Source of the DNA: Fimbriosthenelais zetlandica
Lineage: Eukaryota
Reading direction: 5' to 3'
Assembly (NCBI GenBank): GCA_977030845.1
Contig: OZ365110.1
Span: 52,266,001 to 52,330,000, forward strand
DNA: 64,000 bases
Shown here: positions 38,901-50,700 of the stretch, one piece after another
Layout of the letters: each line of letters begins with the position of its first letter
Numbering within the stretch: the stretch's first letter is position 1
Translations under genes and position numbers: made by a program
Notes under the pieces: generated by a model
The model's database searches: none
Told to the model about the DNA's origin: nothing
What the model saw: only the letters and a program-made list of their open reading frames with translations

Positions 38901-41900
38901 GATCAAATAGATCAGAGTCAATCTAATCGATCATGTAATTTGTACGGAAGCCGAGAATGCTCAAAGTAAAAAAAAAAAATTATTTATTAAAAAAAAAATA
39001 ATAATAATAAAAATATTTCTTTATTTATTAAAAAAATAAATTAATGAATTTTTTTTTTTTTACTGTGAGCTTTCTCGGCTGCCGTACATTTGAATCCCAT
39101 TCTTAAATATTCACTGATTAATCTCCAACAACTGAACTTGTAATATTAGTAAATAATGACTTGAATATTTAGGAGAGGCTTGAGTATTGAAACCTTCCTT
39201 CCTTGAGAGCTCAAAAGTTCTATTTCTTGTTTAAATCTTACTCTCAATCAGTACTGGAACGTTCCTTCCTTGAGAGCCCAAATTAAAGGTCTATTATTGT
39301 TTGGTAAATTATGCATATTGTACTCTGTTCCCAACCCTTAATATCTATTACTGATCTATAATACAGTAATTCTACTTACGTGTACATCGACGGTATTTGT
39401 CCCAGCCGTAGCCATTCTGACAGAAGCACCAATAGCCTCCAGGTGTGTTTACACATCCACCTTTCTCTGAATTCTGAGGGCATTCATTGTCAGGATCCTC
39501 ACATTCATTAATGTCTGCAAAATAAATACAGTCCCATCAATGTTCGTGACGATTATATAATATATTGCCGAACTCTCGCCTGATAATTTATATGTTCAAT
39601 TTGAAATGACAGTAACTCACCTTGGCAATTAGCATCGTAGTCCAATTTATAGCCTTTGGAACAAATGCAGGTGTAATCTCCAGGTTTATTATTGAAAATA
39701 CACATCCCATTTTCACATGGTGCCTCATCATCACTATCATCATAATCTTCACAAAGATTAATCACTGCAAAAAATACAAATACCGATTGCCAAATATGAC
39801 GCCTGCGCATGATAAAGTTTTTAAAGCCTCCTGGAGCCTGTTTCAAGAGGAATAGCAATTTTTGGCTAATATTCATTTTGAAACGGGCTATTGACAGAGG
39901 CCAATTATTGTCTTAACCACTCGATGTGAGGATGTCCCTGGGTCATCCCATTCTTCAAGTCTGTTTCTATGCATTCTCACTATAATATTCTGGGGAAGTC
40001 CCATGTCTACCATGTTTAATATTACATACACATACATGTATTTTCATTTACTGACCTTGTGGTCTAGACAAAACAGGTAAAACGTCATAATTATATAAGC
40101 CTACATAGAATCGGGCATAGTTACTTTCTTTCTGAAAATTAAAAGCATCGTTCTAACACGAATTATGTGCCAGACTTACGTATACACTTTAACTCCTCCT
40201 CATGTATGTTGTCAGATAGTGCTTCCAGACTACAGTTACACGCTATTTCTTTATGTTCATCAAAATCAGGGAACCTGTATCCTTCGTCACACTCGTAAGA
40301 TACATAAATCTCTGTAGACTCTTCTACATACTCTTTGTCTCCATTGGGGATCTCTGGCGTGTTAGCCATACAAAAGTCCTCTGAAAATAAATGATTGTCA
40401 TTCAGGATAATGTAATTTATTATACCCCTGATACTGATCTCCCATAGCCTTAACATAATCATCAGGGTGCCATAATTTGTCCTGTTTTGTACTCTGTGAC
40501 GTCACAGACATTGTTTCTAGGTAATAGCATTGTAATGGTCAATTAAAAGCCGTATTTCTTCCATTTATTAACAATTTTTAATCGTTTTAGTGGTCAAAGG
40601 TATACTACGCCTCGTCAATACAAAGCCCCTCGGTGGTGTTGATATGGCCCCCCGTCCCAAACCTCGGTCGGTTCTATGTAGCCTATATAGTGCAATTCAA
40701 ACACCTAGATACCATCTAATTTCATGATTTAAAGCTTAGAGTTCATCACAGAAATTACATAATACTTTTTGCTGAAAATTGGACCCGCCCTGCCCACACC
40801 ATGCATGTATCACTAACGTTTTACTCTCCCAACCTTCGCTACATATATTATACTTACCAAAAGTGGCTTCACACAAAACAGAGGCTTCACACTGTGTGAG
40901 ACACGGGGCGCTAGCGTCATTAACATTACTAATCAAGTCCAGTTCTCCGTTGTAATACACTACTGTATAGTCGTAAGGGTGGAGACTGGTGCCAAATGAT
41001 ATAGTATTAGCCCACAACGAATCATTCGCCAAGTAGCCTTCCCATTGGGGGACACCGCTTCCAGGAATCTGAGTGAAATCTGTGAAGTAGCTTAAGCCGT
41101 CCACGATTATTCTGTAAAAAGTTACGCCTTCTAATGTTTTTAACCACGAAAAGTCAATAACTAATATGCAAATATCTAATTCACATATAAACATCTAGTT
41201 CATTTTAAAATTAAATACGTATAATTATATAAATTTACATATCTACTATTTTTAGCAAATATAGAGCAACCTACTCATCAGCTACAAGTTGGGTAACTTG
41301 AGGGGCAGACCGGGGCAGGAACAGGGTACCACCATTTTTGTCACACATGCTTCTTGCCATTCTCTTGTTTGCAATATCCGAAACAGATATAGGATTCCAA
41401 TAGCATGAATCAGGTGGAGATGGATCTGTAAAGTATGTAAAGTCAAAATTAAAAGCCTATCTCATGTCTAATAGTTTCCCAGACTAGCTAAATTCAAGTC
41501 CTGCCACTAGTAATCTTTGTACCATAATATTATATAAGGTTATAACACAATGTTATACATGTACATATATACATATGCATGTACATGTATACATATTAGA
41601 ACTTAGAGTGTGTTAATACCAAGTTAATTTACTGTATCCACAAATCTCCCGGTCCCAAAAATATTGCATTGTATTTTTGTATTGTATTTTTCGTTCCTAA
41701 TTTTTGTTTCACTGTTTATACTCGTGTTGCTTAAACTCTGGTGTTTAATAACTATTCAGTAACTGACAGGAGGCCATGGGAAGTCCGGGCCCCTGGCCCG
41801 ACATGGTCTGTGTACCAACATTGTACCATCCTGTATAATATATATATGAATAAAAAAAAAATAAAAAAAAGTAAAGGCATCAACTTTTAAGGTAAAGTAT

Positions 41901-44405
41901 AAGGCAGTCTGTAATATGTCACCAATTGACAATATGAGATATGAGATAAAAAAATATCTTACCAAGGACGACTGCGTCTATACATGACGGGCATGGTACT
42001 GGTCATAAAAGAAAAATATAAAAATCAAATTACGAGAAAACATAGTTCTAAAAAACTCTATGAATACCAGGATTTAATCATTCAATTGATACTATTATAT
42101 TTACCATTATGCCACATCACGTAACAGTACTAAAAACAAAATTAAGATTACCAATTTTCTCGGTGCAGATGTAGAGTCCATCGACATTGCATTGATCGGA
42201 AACCATATTTCCGTCAGATGATATTCCAACGCAGATTTCGTCCGCTTTTAGTAGGTTTTCTGTTAGGTCGTGAAATGGAGCGACTTGAGCGCCATTTGGT
42301 GGAATCACAAATACGCTTGTATCGGCAGGTTTAACAAGTCCAATGTGATAAATCCTTAAATTCATAATAGCACAGATCTAAGCAGGATCCTCTTTTCAGG
42401 AAATAATTTGTGAACGTTCCCTTTCGACGATATATTTTTGACCTACATTAGCTATATTTTCCCCTTATATATTTTTATGTGTCTGACTGCAAGTCAAGTC
42501 ACTAATCATCACAAAACAAACATGCTGGTCAAGCAAATGGTTCAGAATTTTTAGGCTGGTAGAGTGCGGACACACAAACACGTTTTTTTCGGTCGCACCG
42601 CGACTTTTCATATCAGCTTCCCTGAATATATTATACTGACTATGTGCAGATGAAAATTTAATTGCCGCGTTTTTAGATAATAACTATCATAATTCAAAAC
42701 TATCATAATTCAAAACTATCATAATTCATAACTATCATAATTATAAGTAGAACTCTACTTTACTTATATCGTTACCAGTTAAATAATAGCTTCTACTGTG
42801 AATTATTTCTATGAAATTAATTAATTGATAGTTTGATAGAAATCAAACACGCGTAAGATGTGTCCCCACCATGAAATGACTTGCCACTGTTTTACCAATA
42901 GTTTAATAGGTTTAATAGGTAAACGCACTGTGCAGGGTTCCCATTGTTCAGTTGGGCCAGTTGGTCTTTCAGATCATTATAACTCTCACTGTCCTGAATG
43001 ACAGCTAGTCGGTATGGAGTATCTGGGCCACAGATTCCACCATTGACTTCAGACCACGTGAAAGGAGTGTCAGTGGAAGCAGCGACATAGAAAGTTTCAC
43101 CATTTGGGCCGATTGATACTGTTCAAACATATAAAAAATAAACTTAAGAGCATCTTGTCCGGGAACTGTCTGGACAAACATAATATTATTCATGGCATAT
43201 TTCAGAGTGTCAAGATCTTCCTATTTTTCCAATCCCCCCCCCCCCCCCCCCCGCACACTTTTTTATGGCCCGTGTATTGTTAGCTGGGGCTAATTACTAT
43301 AAGAAGGGGGAATACAATTTTTGTTAAATTTTAACACAGTTTTCACTAATGCGTTGTTTGCGAAGTTTTCAGTGAACTAAAAAAACGGGACCGTGGTGCC
43401 CAACAGGTTCACGTGCTGATGAAGTTCACAAAATTATGAGCGTAAAAACCATGGTTGCTATTTTTAATTTGTGATTCATATTTTCCCCCTATTTTCCGAT
43501 CCTACATTTTCTGGAGCTCTTATCAGTCTTATGCAACTTGATGCAACCTGGTATTTGGATCCTGCCTTTCATTCGATGACTTCTTTGTGCTCTAAAATGC
43601 AAGGTTACTGAGAATCAGGAAATTATATGAATTGTAGGGGGCCTAACAATTATCTGAAATCTTTCATTCTTTACTTTCATGAACAATCATAAATATGCAT
43701 GCATCTAATTCATAATTAACTTAATTCAATATACAATTCAAGAAATATACAGTGTTTGTATACTTCTGGGCCTGGAAGGTTGACATAATATCGTTGATAT
43801 ACATTGTTAACCAAAATTAATTACAGAAATTAAGCCGCAGTGGGCAAAGGAGGACTACAATGACCAGGTCACCTATGCCTCAAGGCACTCATAACCTAAG
43901 GCCAACTCCCAACCTCTGATAACCACAAGTATTTAGCTGCTTGTCAGAGGGGTTTTTTCTAGGCTATGGACACTTGGTTGTCCCAGGCGGGCAATTGGTT
44001 TTTGCAAATGTTTGGCAAATGGTTTTTCTGTTGCGTTTTTGTTGGCTGGAGGTTTCGGGTGCTGCATCATGAACCTCCAGCCAACGAAACTGGTTGCGAG
44101 AAGTAGGAAGGTCTTCCATCAGCCATCAACAATTTCACAAGCTTCTCTATCAATTTTCACAAGTTTCTGATAATCATAATACACTTTTTCTCATTAACCT
44201 GTCGCCATCCGTTAGCAACTAATAGCTACTATAATTTTTAGGTTTTGTTTGCTTGTTTTTCTGCTGGTCACAGTTTTTCTTGGTTGCCACGTCAGTGGGA
44301 TATGGTTGACTTACGTGTTATCGAATCGGACGTTGGCTTACAGGTTACCAGCTGGATCAGTACCAACAGTACAAGGGCGTGGCCCATCAAGCCTCGACAG
44401 CACAT
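35912..44405 (-). CDS. Single-pass membrane protein: signal peptide, 2 degenerate C-type lectin domains, sushi/CCP, EGF, Ca-binding EGF, SEA-like, EGF, TM, short tail (~700 aa)
   Basis: Exons 44405-44315, 43118-42929, 42354-42152, 41425-41275, 41111-40858, 40380-40180, 39764-39621, 39514-39380, 38890-38772, 38010-37958, 37699-37506, 37028-36938, 36339-36072, then a terminal exon at 35954 or 35950. All junctions are GT-AG and phase-consistent (698 codons to 36072). Motifs: MCCRGLMGHALVLLVLIQLVTC (signal), VSYECDEGY (sushi), DINECEDPDNEC...CVNTPGGYWCFCQNGY (EGF-Ca), IGLIVAVVILFIIVIVLFIWV (TM). Confidence 0.85.
38207..38739. mobile_element. Possible degenerate non-autonomous DNA element in an intron
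   Basis: Starts CCCGGGG(G)n...GATGTGCCGCC, and the far end carries GGCGGC...CCCCC. It is GC-richer than its flanks; the TIRs are only weakly complementary. Confidence 0.3.
38942..39087. mobile_element. MITE family D (146 bp, 4-bp ATTT TSD, superfamily unassigned)
   Basis: TIR GTACGGAAGCCGAGAATGCTCAAAGTAAAAA / TTTTTACTGTGAGCTTTCTCGGCTGCCGTAC, an almost pure A/T interior, and ATTT on both flanks. Confidence 0.85.
42681..42742. repeat. 16-bp tandem repeat x4
   Basis: AACTATCATAATTCA(A/T) repeated. Confidence 0.9.
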
Positions 44406-47400
44406 CCCTTCCTTAAATTTAAATTATAACAGATCAATCACAAACTTTTTTAATGCAGGTGATTTAATTTCTCTGATAAATTATGTCAGTTTAGGGCTGC
44501 CAATCTTTCCGCAGAAATCCAGGTCTGTTAAAAAATAGTAATACATAAATTTGCTCTCGCAAAAGGTGTTCCCCTAAATCCATATAGCCTCGTCATAAGT
44601 CGTTGGTTCTGAAATTCCACAAGTTCAGGATTGATTTTGAAAAATATATAAAGTATATCGGACTGCGTATAAATTTCGCAAAGTTATAAGCCAATATAAG
44701 TATCAATGAAAATTACCAAATCTCATTTAGATACATTAGTACCTGCCTGATTGGGAAATACTTTGTTGCAAGCGGTGTGGCATATAATTTTTATCGTCAT
44801 TTCCTTATAAGATGCTATAGCGCCTAGCCTTTTGGTATGGCACAGCTGGCTATTTTACCTTGCTGATTTGCGTTTAAAGGGCAACATTCTCCAATGGTAT
44901 ACTTGGTATTGATTCTTTAATATATTTTGCTAAACCTCTGGTCAATTCTTTACGTTCAAAGTGAAAACTTTATAAAATGAGAATATCGATAATTTGATTG
45001 ATGGAATAAGTGTTTCTGTGTATCCATATTTAGTGTACAGGATGTGAATGAATGTGATTTGGGTGAAGCAATTTTGTACATAGCTGAAATAGCTGTAAAT
45101 AGCCCAATACCTTATTGAAAAATACATTTGCCCTTAGATCCCACATTATGGGGATATTAGATGGACATACACTTGTAATGTGCAACAACTGGTTTGGTTG
45201 AAAACGTTTTGGTTGGTGCTCTATGAATTTCACTAACTTACCATTTTGCCCGCTCAGGTCTACTAAAGAGGTAAAGGCCCAAATGCTACTTTGTCTATAT
45301 TCGGGTGGGTGTCATAAGAAATTGGGTGCTATGGAAGGCCACATACTGGCGTAAAATGCTAAAATGACAGGTGGGCATACATCGTACAATCAGATTTCGA
45401 AGTATTGCCTTTCATCACAAAGATACTTTTGTTTGCCATGGGAATTAATTATTTCACATAAGACTTATCCAATTTTTGTTGTTGAAAATTTGATCATATA
45501 AAATGAAACTTTTTTGCTAATTTTCTTTTTCTTGTGTCTGGTTGGCGTCCCATAACATGCCATTTTACATGACGTAGACCTAAAAGCGTGAACCCAGGCG
45601 GAACCCAGGGCGGGGCGAAGCGAATTCTATTGTGAACATGCCAAAATCTCTTTTATGGATGCCTGGCCCTCACTTTCCCATACCAGAAGTAGCGAAAAAG
45701 AGCTGACATTTCTATTTCTATAGATAGATAATTATTCAAACCATCCATTTTTATGTAAGTTTGGAAAATACAGCAACGTCCACGGCACAAGGGTCGGTGC
45801 TGTTGTAATCCTCCCTTAAAAATACCATACCTTCAAAAAGGGGAAAGAAAAGAAAATGTAAAATGTAAGATCGCTTCACCACAAGGTAAACCCCTTGCAA
45901 AAATATTTTTGTCAATTCATGGTATCAACATAACATTTAACATAAATCGACAAGTTATAATAATTATCAAGTATGAATTTACCCTGACCGAAAAGAAGCC
46001 GAGGTTGTGTAAACTACATTCGTCTGTATTGGATTTTGGAACAAGGCCAGACCATGATGGTTGCGCCTATGCTTTAGCCTATGGTTGTACAATGGGAGGC
46101 ATATATGGCACCTTCAATCACATGTACGACCTGGCCTCAGACAATATCTTTAGGCCTGTAGTCTTTGTACAACAGGAATGTTATATTACCCCTCTCAAAG
46201 AGTCTGAGAAAACCTAGAAGGATCGGACAATCCTTGAAATTATACATTATCAATTCATATTCATAAATAGTACCAATTTATTTTTCTGAAAATACATACT
46301 TTAACTGGGAATTAAGCTTGTAATGTTGTATGTTCTTCTCAGCAGTTACATATATTTTTCCTCAGAATAAACCGGTGATCACTTTCCAAACATTTCAAAT
46401 TCTTTACTATGTAAATTATATATGTCGTTGCTCGATACTGCATGGAAGTTCCTTTTCCTATCTTACACCCATATCACACAATTGTTGGTGCGTTTCAGTT
46501 GGTACCCACCCATTGGCACATTAGTCGTGACCAGGCTGGCGAGAACTACATGAGACCTGTATTTCCAAACTCCAGATCCTCTCCAATTACAAAAATGAAT
46601 ATTTTATTCCCACAACCCACGTAAAGATTCATTTTCACAGTGACTTAAACAATGAATGTTATTCTGGAATTTAGTGTTTATGCATTTACAGTTCAGTAGA
46701 AGGTTATTGAAAGCCGTCTTGTTTTATAACCATACACATTGGGTGTATTGATGGATGATATAATTGATACATGGCAGTAGTACATAATGCCCCTTTGTTA
46801 TACAACACACAGCTGGGTGAAGTACCATACAATGTTTAGTAGCGCATGAGATACCTTGCCATTGGTCAAAATACCCGATGCTACTAGTACTTGCTACCTT
46901 CCTCCGTATCCAACCACATGGTCTAAGTTGTCATATGTAATATGGGCCCCGCCCAAAATCTTTTACTTCTTGGGTTTCTAATAACTGTTGAAACTTATAA
47001 ATTCAAATCTATTAAAAATCGGGTTAACATTTAATTCTCAATGTTCAATGTTCATCGTGTTATAAGTCATTCCATGTGTCTCAACCTTTATTATCTATCC
47101 TTTGTCTCACAAATCTACCTATTTACACCCTTTTACAATTAGATTAGCACTGCACCACACAGCACTAGGCTGAAAATCACGACCGGTAGTTTTTAATGTC
47201 TGCTACATGAGCCTATTCACTTCGCTGTATAAATATTCTGAATAAAAAAAAATATATAAAGTCTATTGCGACTTTCCGCACAAAAAGTATCAATTTACTT
47301 AGCCATTGTGTGATTACAAGGACATGTTTTCTTTATTTAATGATTTATTTAACCTCCAGTCTTCAATGTTTAACAATACACCGTATAGAATTTATATTTG

Positions 47401-47571
47401 ACACGACACTTTGGGTTCTTGCATCTTCGACTTTCCTTTACCTTATGCCTAGAAAGGACAAGTGTTGATACTGAAAAGTTCCCTTTATTCTGAGTGGAAT
47501 ATAATAGAAAGTCCAGAAAACCTTCTCGATGACCTGCCAACTGATACAGAGTGTACACATGTACGTATACC

Positions 47572-47627
47572 CATACAGTATATATAGACGCTATCATACA
47601 GTATATATTGACGCTATCATACAGTAT
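47572..47627. repeat. 23-bp tandem repeat (~2.4 copies) just downstream of the LIG4 stop
   Basis: CATACAGTATATAT(A/T)GACGCTAT at 47572 and 47595, partial at 47618. Confidence 0.85.
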
Positions 47628-47746
47628 TCACATATTTTATCACAAGATATACCGGTACTTTTTTTAATTTATGTCTCCTCAACAACAATTTTTCTTTTGA
47701 ATTTTCTGCTTTTTTTGTCACTGTAATGCATGTACATACATTTCCG

Positions 47747-50700
47747 TTATGTTGCCATGAGAACAGGTTCGTAGTCTCTCTCTTTGAGGAGTTTTTCTCT
47801 AGCTATACAATCGGTGACCCAGTCTTGCGTAACAAGGTGGAATTTCTTATCAAGACGTCTGTTCCTTTGCCTTAAGACTTGGATTCTCGAAGTGTCACTG
47901 AAAGGAAGAGTTAAATGACTGAACGATCGCTATAAATTATATGGATAAAAAGCTTAAAAGATTCAATTCCTATACACAATCAACAATTAGAAAAGAAAAT
48001 GGAGAGGTTTGTATTGACATAATACGAAATGTACTACAGTGTATATAGATATATGCTCTATTCCATTATACGATGGACATTCATTTTAATTTATGTACAT
48101 AAATGAATTAACTTATCTTACCGGTTGTCCATAACAACATGAGTGACCCTATCTGTCAAGTTCGGAACTAATGTGGCTCCATAAACTTTCAACTCGGCAC
48201 TTGTGAGCTCTAACGTAGAACCAGTGATGTGTGACTGTGATTCCTCCAGTGTACGATTAATGTCCAGATACACTCTACAAAAAAATACATGCTATCAATT
48301 ACAACTCCCGCTCTGAAATAACTTGTAAAACAAATATTTGATACACCCATTACATTGGTACAACCAAGCAACCAAAATGAATCCTACCTACAAAGCCGGA
48401 AAAGGCCATATTCAGAATCATGAGGAAAATATTTCATCTCCATCTCAGCGATATCCTCGGCTGACAACTTCACCTTAGTACCCTGTCAACACAAGAGAAT
48501 AATAGCTAATTCAAACATTGAGTGGCGGCCATTTAATCTACCTCCACAGTCCCAATTTTTTTTTCCGCCCGCCCCCAAAATATTTAGACCTATTTTGTCC
48601 GCGAACCAAACAATTAAAAAATGTGGCCTTACTTACTTTCTCATCAATGTTTTTGAAGATTTTCTTTAGCTCCTCAACTGTGGTGTCTTCATAATAACTA
48701 TCACCGTACTGATCATAGTCATTAGCAAATTCCTTGGCCGTCTCCTCTGAAGTAAAGATCATGTCCGAAGGAGTCCTGTGGATAAAATTTTTATATTTAA
48801 AATTATCATCTGGTAACATTATAAAAGAAATATAAAATCGGTGTCGTGAAATGACTTAAACTCACCAAGAAGTATATGTCTGAGTGTCGGCACATTTGAT
48901 GAGCCAAGAAGCTTTCACCACATCATAGGTTCCCTTACTTATTATGTTTTTCACTTTGATAGCAACCTTCTCTGCAATCACGCAGTAAGTTTCGTCTCCT
49001 ATGTCAGATAATATTTAAAATTTAGATTCATATTTAATATGGCATACAAGTATAAAGATATTTTTGTCACTAGTTAAATGTCACAGAATTATTTTCACTT
49101 TTTCATTTTCCTATAGTAAGAGTTTGACATGACTTCAATTGGCAAATTAAGGTATAACCCACTCCTACTATTTGGCTATGGGACTCTATTTTACAAAGGG
49201 TAAAAAATAGTCTAGTGAATACAATTTGTAAAATATACCTGGGTTTTGTACAATGGTACCACCAAACTCTACCACCTTCTTCTCCAGGTCAGACTTAGGG
49301 TGTCGTGAAGTACCATTTATAACGCATACTTCCTTACCCGCCAGCATCTCCGATATCTGCCAGATAAAATATATGCGACACATTCACAGTAATAGAACCC
49401 TCTCGAAGCTCAGGCAATTCTAAACATTTGTATTATATTATACCCAATAAGTAAGTAGGATTTTGACAATGAAATGGTCAAGATATATTGTCCATATATC
49501 CACTACCGCTCTCGGAATTTCACCATTCATGGTAGACCCCACGTGAATGGCATCCTCTCTAACTTTAATTATCCTTTTGAATTGTATTCAGTAGGCTCTT
49601 TATCTGAATAGGGAAAAAGTTATATGTAATGTACAAAGTTCACTGACCTTTTGTATATTGTCTGTGTTGATGCCCTTGAAGCGGGAGCCTACTGTGGGTT
49701 TAACATGTCGTGAGACTATCTTACGTTTCTTTTTCTTGGGTTCATCTTCCTCGTCCCCTTCACCTAGCTCAGCATGTCTACCAGCAAGCTTCCCTCCGGA
49801 TTTCTGTCATAGAAATTATGTAATCATTATTGTCAGGATACACACAATTTTCGTTGCTGCGACGTATACACAGGAGCGCCTTATAGGCATTTGGGAACTT
49901 ATGAGCTAACATTATGAAATTTTTCACGATCTTGCATATAAAATATACATAGAATTACAAAAGTTATACATAAGCAAATCATATTTATATATGTTACAAA
50001 TCAGGCAGCTCACGTACATACACACATGCACATTCACCAGTCTTCATCTTTCCCTGTAAACTACATTTTAACTGAATTTCTTAAACTGATCTCTTTAAAT
50101 ATTTCATTGCTAGGAGGCATTTGCTTGGAGCACTTTAGTAATGTATTCTCTTCATTAGTATTCGGGTTCTGTTTCTGCATCTAATTATAGCTACATTTCA
50201 CACCAATGCCATTTGAACTTTAGGTCAAATAGATGAACAGGACATTGATCAGTAACTTTGTAGGAACAACACAGGAGAAACGGAGATGTTTCAATATTCA
50301 TTTTTAAAAATTAGTGCTTGTTTCCTCGCCACTATAGGTATCACAGTATTCACTACGGAATTCACAGTCTTCTTATGGAATTGGAGCAGAGCAGAATCTG
50401 ATTTAGGAGAAAGATACGTTCACCAAACACCCCAATGGCTAAATAGTGACAAAGAAGTAGGGATTTAATATTATTATCTGAAGGAAACAATATTATCTGA
50501 ATGTTGCATACTGTACCTGTTATTTTATCAACCTGTTATTTTATCAACATGTCAAAAAGAAATCTGTCTACATTTTCAGAATGCGACCTATAGAGATAAA
50601 GGTCTCAACAGAACAAGTGTAAAAGAGGTACCATCTCTACATATAGACCTCAGCCAACGATCTCCCAATCCTCGAGATGGGCTCATTGGAACTTTCACAG

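Noticed and set aside
43300-47300. Possible transposon or Helitron fragments around the receptor's first exon and upstream region
   Set aside because: No TIRs, TSDs, second copies or transposase motifs could be demonstrated within the window.
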